From assembly GCA_964416505.1 (NCBI GenBank), contig CAYQEJ010000005.1:22488-86487 (forward strand): a stretch of 64,000 bases of DNA. The letters are read 5' to 3'. The DNA is from an uncultured Gammaproteobacteria bacterium. GTDB lineage: Bacteria; Patescibacteriota; Microgenomatia; Levybacterales; UBA12049. The translations under genes were made by a program, and so were the position numbers. This document shows positions 1 to 9,352 of this stretch, in pieces. Positions within the stretch are counted from its first letter, which is position 1, and each line of letters begins with the position of its first letter. The notes beneath the pieces were generated by a model. The model ran no database searches. It was not told the origin of the DNA and saw only the letters and a list, made by a program, of their open reading frames with translations.

Positions 1-104
1 AGATTTCTAAACATCATAAAAAATTACCGCATTATGAGGCTACGGATGAAATCCATTCTAGCATCTCTGACTCGTTTTGCAACAGATAAACATATTAATA
101 TTTC

Positions 105-2486
105 TTGTTTCTTAAAAAAATGCTTGCTACAATGGTCTTTGTGAAATTAGTAGGCTATTTAAATAGAGGAATTGAATTTTTATTTTACTCTCTTTTTCTA
201 CTCGTTCCCCTTGTTTTTGCAGGAAATACATCTGAGCTTTTTGAATTTAGTAAAATGTGGCTTACTTTTGGAATCACGATCTCAATTGGATTTCTATGGT
301 TTTCCAAAATGATAATTCTAAAAAGACCAATTTTTAGAAGAACCATATTTGATATACCAATTGCACTTTTTTTAATTGCAAATTTTATTTCTACCCTAAT
401 CTCTCTTGATCCTCATATTTCTCTTTGGGGATATTATTCACGCTGGAATGGTGGACTTTTATCAATTATCACTTACATATTTCTCTTTTATGCATTTATA
501 AGTAACTTTACCAATAAAGATCCTGAGGAAGCAAAAACCACATCCTTATCCAAAAAAAGTTTTTTTGAAATTGTTCCAGATGGAAAAACAGTTGTTAGAA
601 ATTCAATTATTGTAAGCTTAATTTCAGGATTTCTAGTTATATTGTGGTCAATTCCTGGACATTTTGGGTACGATCCAACCTGTTTTGTTTTCCGAGGAAC
701 TCTTGACGTATCATGCTGGACAGATGACTTTCATCCTACGGTTAGAATTTTTGGCCCATTAGGTCAACCAGATTGGCTCGCAGCATATTTAGGAATACTT
801 TTGCCTATAACCGCAGCTTTAATTGTTAATCAACTTCGAAAGAAAAATTTAAAAGATCCTTTACTACTATTATATAGCGTTCTCTTTTTCTTATTTTATT
901 TGGCTCTTTTATATTCTGGGTCTCGATCTGGAATAGGAGGAACCATAGTTTCATTAATTGTATTTATAATTGGTTATATTTTCCTAAATAGGAAAAATCT
1001 TGAAACAATAAAAACAAAATTTAGCGTAATTCTCATAGTCTGCACTTTATTTGTAACCTTGTTCGCAGGAGTTGAATTACCAAATGGAAAATGGCTTTCA
1101 ATATATAATCTTACTCATCATTTTAATGAGTTTGTTGGAAAATCTACATCTAACTCAAATCCAAATCTTATTGTTGAAAATAATACACCCTCTACTCCTA
1201 GCGAAGCACCATCTTCCGTAGCTCCAGTTTCTCAAATAACATCTTCAATCAAGATTCGCTCAATTGTATGGCGAGGTGGAATGGACGCTTGGCGAGCAAA
1301 TCCATTGTTTGGAACAGGAGTCGAAACCTTCGCTTTCGCATATTACAAATATAGACCAATCGAACATAATAACGTTTCTGAATGGAATTTCCTCTACAAC
1401 AAAGCACATAACGAATACATAAATTATCTTGCTACTATTGGCCTTTTCGGATTCATTCCTTATATTTCTTTCATCGGATTATTTATCGCTATCTCTCTTA
1501 TAAATTTATTAAAACTTAATATTAAGCCAATTAAGTATGTTGGATCATTATCAGCAAGCGCAAAATGGGATGAGAAAAATCCTTTAATACTTGGGCTTCT
1601 CTGCGCAATAATCTCAAATTTAATAATTAATTTTTTTGGTTTCTCCGTTGTAATTACAAATGTATATTTATTCCTCATTCCTGCATTTGCTTTAATTCTT
1701 TTAGATCTAATTCCTCATGCTAAAGAGATCCCTCTACCTAAAATTCCTTATGTTTCTTACACCCAATGGGGATCAGTTTTGGGACTTTTTATACTAGCAA
1801 TATTTATGATTGGGATGCTAATTCGCTTCTATATTGCTGATACAAAATATGCCTTAGGATTTAACTACAATCAGGTTGGAGAATTTCAAACTGCCTATCC
1901 ACTACTTCAAGATGCACTGAAGAAAAGAAAAGAACCGGTTTTTCAAAATGAAGCCGCGATTAATGAAGCAAATATTGCAGTACAATTAGCTTCTCAAGGA
2001 GCAAGTGAATCTGCTCAATTCATTCAACAATTAGCGAATCAGTCTTTAACTACAGCAGATACACTCACAAAAACATATCCTCACAATCTCATCTTCTGGA
2101 AAACAAAAGTAAGAATTCTTTATACTCTTGCGAGACTGGATCCAAATTTTTATCCTCAGGCACTTATGGCTATTCAAAAAGCCTATGAATTAGCTCCAAC
2201 TGACGCAAGTATTCTTTACAATCTCGGCGTGTTGTATGGACAAAATGGCGATTCCAAAAAAGCTGTCGAAGTTCTGGAGCAAACAGTAAAATATCGTCCA
2301 ATTTATACTGAAGCTCACTTTGCACTAGGGCTCTTCTATCATGATCTAGGAGTAGATCAAAATGGAAAAACCAAAGACGCTAATTACAAACAAAAAGCTA
2401 TTGATCAGATGCAATATATTTTGAAAAATTTAAATCCAAACGATGGACAAGCAAAGCAGTATTTAGATTCATGGCTTAAGGAATAA
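105..2486 (+). CDS. Polytopic membrane protein with O-antigen ligase-like (Wzy_C) core and C-terminal TPR repeats
   Basis: Many TM helices. Wzy_C-like motifs WRGGMDAWRANPLFGTGVETF and NKAHNEYINYLATIGLFG. C-terminal TPR-like repeats (NLGVLYGQNGDSKKAVEVLEQ, AHFALGLFYHDLG). Confidence 0.6.
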   Translation: MFLKKMLATMVFVKLVGYLNRGIEFLFYSLFLLVPLVFAGNTSELFEFSKMWLTFGITISIGFLWFSKMIILKRPIFRRTIFDIPIALFLIANFISTLISLDPHISLWGYYSRWNGGLLSIITYIFLFYAFISNFTNKDPEEAKTTSLSKKSFFEIVPDGKTVVRNSIIVSLISGFLVILWSIPGHFGYDPTCFVFRGTLDVSCWTDDFHPTVRIFGPLGQPDWLAAYLGILLPITAALIVNQLRKKNLKDPLLLLYSVLFFLFYLALLYSGSRSGIGGTIVSLIVFIIGYIFLNRKNLETIKTKFSVILIVCTLFVTLFAGVELPNGKWLSIYNLTHHFNEFVGKSTSNSNPNLIVENNTPSTPSEAPSSVAPVSQITSSIKIRSIVWRGGMDAWRANPLFGTGVETFAFAYYKYRPIEHNNVSEWNFLYNKAHNEYINYLATIGLFGFIPYISFIGLFIAISLINLLKLNIKPIKYVGSLSASAKWDEKNPLILGLLCAIISNLIINFFGFSVVITNVYLFLIPAFALILLDLIPHAKEIPLPKIPYVSYTQWGSVLGLFILAIFMIGMLIRFYIADTKYALGFNYNQVGEFQTAYPLLQDALKKRKEPVFQNEAAINEANIAVQLASQGASESAQFIQQLANQSLTTADTLTKTYPHNLIFWKTKVRILYTLARLDPNFYPQALMAIQKAYELAPTDASILYNLGVLYGQNGDSKKAVEVLEQTVKYRPIYTEAHFALGLFYHDLGVDQNGKTKDANYKQKAIDQMQYILKNLNPNDGQAKQYLDSWLKE

Positions 2487-2519
2487 AATCCTCTTATGCT
2501 ATAATTCCCAGAATACATT

Positions 2520-3071
2520 ATGGCAAAAATAATAAGCGCACCAGAAAAAGTATTGAGCGAAAAAGCAGCAGAATATGTATTTCAAAAAAATGATAAATTT
2601 CTGCCTGCAATTTTAAAAGAAATGGAAGATGCCCTTTTATCCGCAAGAGATCCAAAAGGAGTTGGACTTGCAGCACCACAGATAGCTCGCGGTATTTCAA
2701 TATTTATCACCAAGCCTTCTGAAAAAGCTCCCATTTCAGTTTTCATTAATCCTAAAATTATTGAATCTTCCCCAATTCCGGAAGAAAAAGAAAAAGAAAA
2801 TGAAGCAAAAAAACTTGAAGGTTGTCTTTCTCTTCCAAACATTTGGGGTGTAGTTAAAAGACATCCAGAAGTTACGCTTTCCTATTATGATCATTTAGGA
2901 AGACATAAAATTAAAAAATTCACTGGTTTTATGGCTACAATTGTTCAACATGAAGTAGATCATCTTAACGGGATTCTTTTCCCCAAAAGAGTACTGGAGC
3001 AAAATGGAATACTTTATAAATCCAGTAAAAATGATAAAGGCGAAGACGAATTTGAGGAAATCTCATTATGA
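2520..3071 (+). CDS. def: Peptide deformylase
   Basis: All three deformylase motifs: GVGLAAPQI, EGCLS, HEVDHLNG. 4-nt overlap with the downstream fmt gene, the classic def-fmt arrangement. Confidence 0.9.
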   Translation: MAKIISAPEKVLSEKAAEYVFQKNDKFLPAILKEMEDALLSARDPKGVGLAAPQIARGISIFITKPSEKAPISVFINPKIIESSPIPEEKEKENEAKKLEGCLSLPNIWGVVKRHPEVTLSYYDHLGRHKIKKFTGFMATIVQHEVDHLNGILFPKRVLEQNGILYKSSKNDKGEDEFEEISL

Positions 3072-3883
3072 AAGTAATTTTCTTCGGTGGTCGCCATGTT
3101 CACTCCATAACTAAATCACTAAATGAAAATTTTGATTTACCTCTTGTAGTTACCACAGATAAATCGATGGTGGATACTTGCAACGAAGAAGGTATTTTTT
3201 ATATTCACACATTAAGCTTCAATGAAAAAATTATTAAAAGCATTAAGGAAATAGATGCTGAAATTGGAATTGTGGCTGATTTTGGAATCATAATTCCTAA
3301 AGAAATCATTGATCTTTTTCCTAACGGAATAATAAACGTTCACCCATCTCTCCTTCCAAAATACAGAGGCCCTACTCCCGTCCAATCTGCAATCATAAAT
3401 GGTGATAAAAAAACAGGAATTTCCATAATAAAAATAGATGAAAAAATGGATCACGGACCTCTCCTTTATCAGGAAGAAAGTGACATAAAACCTACGGACT
3501 TTACTGAAAAACTTTTACTTGAGCTCTTTGATCGTGCTTCAGATATTCTTCCGGAAATAATTGAACATTTTGTAAATGGAGGAATTGAAGAATCTCCACA
3601 AGAAGACGAAAAAGCTACTTACACAAAAGAACTAAAGAAAGAAGATGGATATATAGATATGAAAAAATTACCAAGTCCTGAAAAATTAAAACTGATGATT
3701 AGAGGACTCAATCTGTGGCCAGGCGTATGGACGAAGTTTAAACTTGGCGAAAAGGAAGTTATCATAAAACTTTTACCAGACAATCAGATTCAAGTAGAGG
3801 GAAAAAAAGCTGTTGGATTTAAAGATTTTAAAAATGGATACGAAAAAGGCGAAGAGTTTTTGAAAAAATTGGGCTTAAGCTAA
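3068..3883 (+). CDS. fmt: Methionyl-tRNA formyltransferase
   Basis: Formyltransferase motif NVHPSLLPKYRGPTP. N-terminal formyl-transferase fold followed by a C-terminal domain. Operon with def. Confidence 0.85.
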   Translation: MKVIFFGGRHVHSITKSLNENFDLPLVVTTDKSMVDTCNEEGIFYIHTLSFNEKIIKSIKEIDAEIGIVADFGIIIPKEIIDLFPNGIINVHPSLLPKYRGPTPVQSAIINGDKKTGISIIKIDEKMDHGPLLYQEESDIKPTDFTEKLLLELFDRASDILPEIIEHFVNGGIEESPQEDEKATYTKELKKEDGYIDMKKLPSPEKLKLMIRGLNLWPGVWTKFKLGEKEVIIKLLPDNQIQVEGKKAVGFKDFKNGYEKGEEFLKKLGLS

Positions 3884-4135
3884 TCCCGATGCAACTGGAG
3901 CTACTGATGAAACTTCTGCTTCTTTTTTAGCTTTTAAAATTCTTGTACTTCTTCCTTTAACTTCTCTTAGACACTTTGTACAAAGTCTTACTTTCATCGA
4001 AGTTCCATCTACAATTATTCTTGCAGGATGAAGATTTGGTCTAAAAACTTTTCTCGTTCTATTTTTTGCATGCGAAACATTATGGCCCACCATAATTCCT
4101 TTTCCGCAGTTGTAACATCTAAATCCGCTGCTCAT
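3875..4135 (-). CDS. rpmB: Ribosomal protein L28 (zinc-ribbon type)
   Basis: Pattern C..CGK...G.N.SHA.N.T.R.F.PNL typical of L28, with an additional CxxC pair. Confidence 0.7.
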   Translation of the reverse strand: MSSGFRCYNCGKGIMVGHNVSHAKNRTRKVFRPNLHPARIIVDGTSMKVRLCTKCLREVKGRSTRILKAKKEAEVSSVAPVASGLA

Positions 4136-4208
4136 AGGCTAATATTATACAAAAATTGTACTCCAAACTCAAACGTTTGTTTAAATCTGATAAAATAGGT
4201 ATATAAAT

Positions 4209-4862
4209 ATGGAACTTGCCATCATCTCACTTTTAATTTTAGTGCCTTCCGTAATACTTCATGAAGTTGCTCATGGATGGGTCGCAGACAAATTAGGAGA
4301 TCCCACAGCCAGACTTTTAAATAGATTGACTCTAAATCCAATTCCCCACATCGATCCTTTGATGAGCGTAATTCTTCCTTTAATCTTAGTAATTTCTGGT
4401 TCACCTGTTATTTTCGGAGCTGCCAAACCAGTCCCGGTGGATCAATTTAATTTAAGAGATCCCAGAAAAGATATGGCTTTAGTTTCTCTAGCAGGTCCAA
4501 TCACAAATTTTTTAATTGCCGCAGTAGCGACTTTAATCTGGAAAATTGCTTCTCTTTATTTCGGATGGAACCAAATGGCTACTATCCCAGAGTTTCAATT
4601 TTGGATCCAATTCGTTCTAATTACAACTATAAAACTAAATGTAACCCTGGGAATCTTTAATCTTCTTCCAATTCCACCGCTGGATGGATCCAAGATATTT
4701 GCACTGCTTCTTCCGGAAGATACCGCTAGAACATATCTCTCTTTTGGAAATATAGGATTTTTTGTAATTTTTGCTCTTATGATGTTTCCGATTGGAGGAT
4801 TCTCACTAGGCGCTATTATGAATCAACTCGTTACCTTCGCCCTCAAACTTTTAGGCTTTTAA
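4209..4862 (+). CDS. Site-2 protease family (M50) intramembrane zinc metalloprotease
   Basis: HEVAHG zinc motif in the first TM helix. LLPIPPLDGSKIF (LDG motif). Multiple TM segments. Confidence 0.7.
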   Translation: MELAIISLLILVPSVILHEVAHGWVADKLGDPTARLLNRLTLNPIPHIDPLMSVILPLILVISGSPVIFGAAKPVPVDQFNLRDPRKDMALVSLAGPITNFLIAAVATLIWKIASLYFGWNQMATIPEFQFWIQFVLITTIKLNVTLGIFNLLPIPPLDGSKIFALLLPEDTARTYLSFGNIGFFVIFALMMFPIGGFSLGAIMNQLVTFALKLLGF

Positions 4863-4932
4863 TCCTTGGATCCAGCCTTTTAATTTCCCCTATTAATCTC
4901 AAAAAATTTTATAAACTCTCTGTAGCCTTGCT

Positions 4933-4963
4933 AGCCTCGCAAGGCCAGGCCTTGCGAGGCTAC
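4933..4963. repeat. REP-like 31-bp perfect palindrome (tagcctcgcaaggcc-a-ggccttgcgaggcta), copy 1
   Basis: Two 15-bp arms are exact reverse complements. Lies immediately 3' of the RAYT gene. Confidence 0.85.
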
Positions 4964-4972
4964 GACTATAAG

Positions 4973-5650
4973 TCAATCCTCTATTATTAAGTTGTCTAAT
5001 TTTTCGTAGTCGTTAAATTCTTTTATAAAATTTTCGTAAGTAAGATTTGGAAACTTTTGAGAAAAATGGATAAGCACTTCTTCTGGTCTAACCCATTTCG
5101 TATCTTTTATTCCCAAATATTCAGAATATGAAGATGGTGTCTCAGCATTTATGGCTTGCTTATGAATATACTTTGTTAAATGGACAAATTGTTCGCCATT
5201 TCCTACCAAAACAGCTTTGTAAACACCTTGAAACAAAGAACCTACTCTCTTATATTTCCTATTAAAATACATTGAATATCTAGTAAAAACAGAATTCATA
5301 AATTTATCTATACTATCCAAATGTTTTTGCTTCACGAAAAAATGGAAATGATTTGGCATCAAACAATAACAAATAAGCGTAATTTCATCAGAAAAATTAT
5401 TTAAATTAAGAAGTTTTAATACTTTATCTTTTTCTTTATATGAGGTCTCGGGGTCATTTAGCTTTTCGGCTAGTTCTTTTTCGTTTTTTGGCAATAGATA
5501 TTCCTTCAGGTAAGAAAGGAAAACCGAATAATCTTGAGCATCCAGAAATATTTTCCTTTTTTCTACCCCCCTGTTATAGAGATGATAGTAGCCATTCTCC
5601 AGATAGCTTTTCCTTCTATTCTTGGCAGGCATAATTTTAAAATAACACAA
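4973..5650 (-). CDS. REP-associated tyrosine transposase (RAYT) / IS200-like Y1 HUH transposase
   Basis: HUH motif (CLMPNHFHFFV) and catalytic Tyr motif (GSLFQGVYKAVLV). Flanked by REP palindromes at 4933-4963 and 5684-5698. Confidence 0.8.
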   Translation of the reverse strand: MCYFKIMPAKNRRKSYLENGYYHLYNRGVEKRKIFLDAQDYSVFLSYLKEYLLPKNEKELAEKLNDPETSYKEKDKVLKLLNLNNFSDEITLICYCLMPNHFHFFVKQKHLDSIDKFMNSVFTRYSMYFNRKYKRVGSLFQGVYKAVLVGNGEQFVHLTKYIHKQAINAETPSSYSEYLGIKDTKWVRPEEVLIHFSQKFPNLTYENFIKEFNDYEKLDNLIIED

Positions 5651-5683
5651 AACGCATCAAAAGGAAATTTAACGCCTGACCTC

Positions 5684-5698
5684 CTAGCCTCGCAAGGC
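5684..5698. repeat. REP half-site (tagcctcgcaaggcc), copy 2
   Basis: Exact 15-bp arm of the palindrome. The second arm is absent. Confidence 0.7.
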
Positions 5699-5906
5699 CA
5701 AACTAAAACTAGCTGATGATTTGGATAATATTTATCTTAAGAATGCTGGGATTTTATAGGCGAACCTCATATCTAGCCTTGAAAACTCCTAAAAGACACC
5801 TATTAAGAAATGGCTTTCTTATGCCTTCAAATACCCTTTGAATTTATCAACAAGAGGTACTCAAGGTCAACCAGCAATTGCTGAGTTAATTTGGTAAAAT
5901 TGCCTC

Positions 5907-7010
5907 ATGAATTTCCCTACTATAAAGGAAAGCGAATATACATACTCAAAACCAATTACAGTTAAAGAGTGGAATAACGGCACCATATGTGTGAAGGTGG
6001 GATATGTTAGAAAACACCCTGAAATAAACTGTATTGTGCTTGAAAAGAGATGGAAATCAAGACCTGACTGGTGGGAAACTAAAACGTTCTCAATAAAAGA
6101 TGCCAAAGATTGGCTTAAAATTAGAGATGCTGTCGAAAAACTTTTACCAGAACTTGCAGAAACACCCTCATCTCAGACAATAGAGAAAGCAATTAAGAAA
6201 GTTGGGAATGAAACAGAATTACTTGAGTTAGTAGCAACTTATCCTGAGCTTCTCGCACAAATCCCAAAAGATATCGACATCCTATCGCTTCCTGAAGATC
6301 ATAAGGAGGCGTTAAAAAAATTATTATCTGTGGGTGGAGAGCTGGCAAACATCGTCATAAAACGGCTAGCAGATGAGCCAATAGAAGACTTGAACCAATT
6401 TGTGAAATTATTAGATGAATTAAAACTATCGACAATCAACTCACTCGTGACACATGTCACCTCCCGCTTACGTTTCATTGAAATGTTCGAAAAAGCTATT
6501 CACAATGATGATTCTTATGAAAGACGTGGACCTGAATCTATTCATAACTTATTAAAGGTAAATATCTGGCTCCTAGACCAGAACTACTCTGTCTTACATG
6601 ATGATGAAACCCTTAGAAATATTATCCTCAAGGAATGGGATAAGGATGTAGGGAACCAAGGAGATGGAAAAAAACGTCCTGATTTTCTTTGCATGATTGA
6701 TCCACTATCACAACGCGATGGATACAAAAAATTGGTAATAGTTGAAATTAAAAGACCTACTGTAAAAATTACATTTGAGCATGTTAAGCAGATGATGGAA
6801 TATAAAGGGATCCTTCACTCATACTCGGGTAAGCAAATTGACTCTTTCGAATGCTTTCTGATTGGTAGAGAAGTTGACCCTACCTTACAAATTAACGACT
6901 TATCTAATTCGGGATTTGTTATCAAAACCTATACTGACTTTATCAGCGAAGCAAGAAGGTTCTATCAAGAATACTTCAAAATCATTGAACAAGAACACTA
7001 CGCTTTTTAG
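5907..7010 (+). CDS. Hypothetical protein with C-terminal PD-(D/E)xK nuclease-like motif (restriction-endonuclease-like fold; possibly DUF4263/Shedu-like)
   Basis: C-terminal RPDFLCMIDPLSQRDGYKKLVIVEIKRP shows D, then about 15 residues, then E-x-K on a predicted beta-strand, the canonical PD-(D/E)xK arrangement. N-terminal region unrelated. Sits alone between REP copies next to the RAYT. Confidence 0.45.
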   Translation: MNFPTIKESEYTYSKPITVKEWNNGTICVKVGYVRKHPEINCIVLEKRWKSRPDWWETKTFSIKDAKDWLKIRDAVEKLLPELAETPSSQTIEKAIKKVGNETELLELVATYPELLAQIPKDIDILSLPEDHKEALKKLLSVGGELANIVIKRLADEPIEDLNQFVKLLDELKLSTINSLVTHVTSRLRFIEMFEKAIHNDDSYERRGPESIHNLLKVNIWLLDQNYSVLHDDETLRNIILKEWDKDVGNQGDGKKRPDFLCMIDPLSQRDGYKKLVIVEIKRPTVKITFEHVKQMMEYKGILHSYSGKQIDSFECFLIGREVDPTLQINDLSNSGFVIKTYTDFISEARRFYQEYFKIIEQEHYAF

Positions 7011-7274
7011 TCCCATGCCGCACAAGATGATTCTACGTCACAAAATGGTTGTTTTTAAACGAGGAAAATAAACAGAGTCGCCATTTTAATTGCCCGGCGA
7101 CTCTGAGCATCTCACTAAATGCCACCCTGATTATTCCACTTTAAAATAACGATTTCAACTTCCTCACCCGAACTTTATGATGAACTGGATCAGATTGCGA
7201 ATTCTTTCAAATATACAGGAAACTGACACCCCTACTTACCAAATCCAGACTCCTCCCACCATACCCTATAATCT

Positions 7275-7305
7275 TAGCCTCGCAAGGCCTGGCCTTGCGA
7301 GGCTA
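7275..7305. repeat. REP-like 31-bp palindrome, copy 3
   Basis: tagcctcgcaaggcc-t-ggccttgcgaggcta. Same arms as copy 1 with a different central base. Confidence 0.85.
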
Positions 7306-7498
7306 GCGCTATAGACACTTTTAATTAAGCTTCTTGGCATTTTTATTTATTCCTTACTTGACATCTGGTGGGATTAAATTTATAAATTAGTTATAAAGGT
7401 TAAATAAACTTTTAATATAGTATCCAAAACCATACTATATTACTTCATTTAGCTGTAGAGGGGCTAAGTTTTAATAGTTTTAAATTTTTACTATGGGA

Positions 7499-7527
7499 TT
7501 GACATCCCCCACAAAATGTTGTATGAT
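7499..7527 (+). promoter_or_regulatory. Sigma70-type consensus promoter (TTGACA-17-TATGAT)
   Basis: Exact -35 and near-consensus -10 with a 17-nt spacer. ATG at 7536 is only 8 nt past the -10, so the transcript is leaderless or nearly so. Confidence 0.6.
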
Positions 7528-7535
7528 CCCCTCGT

Positions 7536-8150
7536 ATGTCAAGACCAGACGCATTAGAAGCACATGCACCAGTCCATCCTAGATGGCAAAGACCAGTTCC
7601 TGGGTATACACCCACCACAGATGGTGCACCTAAATTACCCAACAAACCTAGAACCCCACATATTCCACATATTAATCATGGAGGAAGAATTTTAGCAGGC
7701 GCTTTAGCTACAGCACTCACTCTTACAGCAGTTGAAGGATTTGTAAGGCCTCACGGAACTACAGATCCATCTGGAGCAAGAGCTGGTGAAGTCCCAGCAG
7801 AACAAATGAGATATCCATGGGATTCAGGAAATTTACACTTAGAATTGCAATATAAAGAGGTTGATCAGAACATATTTGAATTTTCAGGAGCACAAATCAC
7901 TAATGATCCAGAAACAGTAGACATTGGTGACGGAAAGTATGTCCAATTTGTTCTTGGAAGCGAATATGGCGAAACTGATGATCCATACGGTCACGTAACT
8001 ATTAATCTTATAAATGATGTTATGAAGGGTGGAGTTTGGGAAAAATCAGTTGATAAAGACGGAAAACCTATCACAGATGCTGAAGGAAAACCAGTCCTTC
8101 ATCACTATGGATATGTAGAACCAGAACCAGGTCAAGAAGGCATGTCATAA
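7536..8150 (+). CDS. Hypothetical Pro/Gly-rich protein with one hydrophobic segment
   Basis: ORF directly after the consensus promoter. Composition is Pro/Ala/Gly-rich with locally elevated GC, but codon choice is host-like (AGA Arg, CCA Pro). Confidence 0.5.
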   Translation: MSRPDALEAHAPVHPRWQRPVPGYTPTTDGAPKLPNKPRTPHIPHINHGGRILAGALATALTLTAVEGFVRPHGTTDPSGARAGEVPAEQMRYPWDSGNLHLELQYKEVDQNIFEFSGAQITNDPETVDIGDGKYVQFVLGSEYGETDDPYGHVTINLINDVMKGGVWEKSVDKDGKPITDAEGKPVLHHYGYVEPEPGQEGMS

Positions 8151-8161
8151 ATGCTATAGGC

Positions 8162-8190
8162 TTGACAAACAAGGCTAAATATGATATATT
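8162..8190 (+). promoter_or_regulatory. Sigma70-type consensus promoter (TTGACA-17-TATATT)
   Basis: Exact TTGACA with a 17-nt spacer. ATG at 8202 is 11 nt after the -10. Confidence 0.6.
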
Positions 8191-8201
8191 AGCCGCCTTA
8201 T

Positions 8202-9278
8202 ATGACAGAAGCATATAGACCAACACAAGGAGAAATACTTACTACACCAGTTGACCTAGCTGGCGTAAAAAACGTAACCAACACAGCTCCAAAAGCTTCA
8301 AGAAATGATTTATCACACGATATGATGGCAGGACCATCTTTTAGAGATAGAGCTCTAGCAGTTGCGCTAGCACTAAGCACTCTAGGAGGAGCCAAAGTAA
8401 TCCTTGATTCACAAACAGCAAAAGGACAATCGCCTTCTCCTGCACCATCAGTTGGCGCATCTTTTGAACCAGGCACAAGTCCAGTAGCTACAGATCCGAT
8501 TACAGGATTACCATGTGTTCCTGGAGAAAAACCAACACCTGAACCTTCAAAAGCACCACTACCTTCACTCCCACCAGACATAGGTATGGTTCCAGGAGGA
8601 GAAGTAGAATTATTTGCTTTCGCAAATACAGGAGGAGACAACGTAAAAGTAACAGCTGGAGCTCAATCGGAACCATCTTTAGCTCCTTCAGTAGCGCCTG
8701 AAGCAAGCCCAGAAGCTTCTCAAGACCCAGAAACCGCAAAGGCTGACTGCACACCAGCTCCAGAAAAAACTCCTTTAGCTGATTTAGACATCATTGCTGA
8801 AAAAGATAAGATTCTAGATCAAAACAAAAAACAGATTAAAAAGGTCAAATTCGCTAAACTCCAACAGGATATACTTGGTGATCCAGAAAATCCACAAGGT
8901 GAACCAGGTTTTTGGAATACCCATCAAGAAGAATTAGCTAAATTAAGAACATGGTATGATACTCCGCTAACGAGAACAGTTTTTGAAAATTATTTACACA
9001 ACATAAGCGTGGGTCCCGATTCAATTCAAGGAGACCCAGAGGCTTCAATTGCTGTCGAAAGACAAGCGGTTGATGCGGGATTTGTAACACTGTTCTTATT
9101 CATCGCAGATACCACAAATAACCAAGAAATAAGAGATGAGGCCCTTAGATTAGCTGACATGGCTTTCGATTATGGAGTTAGAGGAATTAATAAATTTCAA
9201 GACTTTGAAGCTAATCTAGCAGATATGAAATTCAAAATTAATGATACTGATTACTTCTATAACCTCACGAATCAATAA
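8202..9278 (+). CDS. Hypothetical protein: N-terminal hydrophobic segment, Pro/Ser/Ala-rich linker, structured C-terminal domain
   Basis: Low-complexity PSPAPS/PEPSKAPLPSLPP region. C-terminal part is non-repetitive. Confidence 0.5.
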   Translation: MTEAYRPTQGEILTTPVDLAGVKNVTNTAPKASRNDLSHDMMAGPSFRDRALAVALALSTLGGAKVILDSQTAKGQSPSPAPSVGASFEPGTSPVATDPITGLPCVPGEKPTPEPSKAPLPSLPPDIGMVPGGEVELFAFANTGGDNVKVTAGAQSEPSLAPSVAPEASPEASQDPETAKADCTPAPEKTPLADLDIIAEKDKILDQNKKQIKKVKFAKLQQDILGDPENPQGEPGFWNTHQEELAKLRTWYDTPLTRTVFENYLHNISVGPDSIQGDPEASIAVERQAVDAGFVTLFLFIADTTNNQEIRDEALRLADMAFDYGVRGINKFQDFEANLADMKFKINDTDYFYNLTNQ

Positions 9279-9292
9279 ATAATTAGTATTGA

Positions 9293-9321
9293 TTGACATA
9301 CGATATCCCCTTTGCTACGAT
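9293..9321 (+). promoter_or_regulatory. Sigma70-type consensus promoter (TTGACA-17-TACGAT)
   Basis: Exact TTGACA with a 17-nt spacer. A 15-codon uORF (ATG at 9339) overlaps the start of the 9353 ORF. Confidence 0.5.
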
Positions 9322-9352
9322 CATATTGAGCTCAATTTAATGTCTCTCAATA

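Larger units (their letters stand above)
4923..5700. mobile_element. RAYT-REP unit: Y1 transposase bracketed by cognate REP palindromes
   Basis: One gene flanked by a full REP and a half REP. Further copies of the same palindrome occur at 7275-7305 and 20621-20650. Confidence 0.7.

Noticed and set aside
7445-9300. Locally elevated GC read as recently acquired foreign DNA (same impression at 32816-34500)
   Set aside because: Codon choice in these ORFs is the same as the host (AGA for Arg, CCA for Pro, A/T-ending codons). The GC rise is explained by Pro/Ala/Gly-rich amino-acid composition. Horizontal origin cannot be claimed from composition alone.
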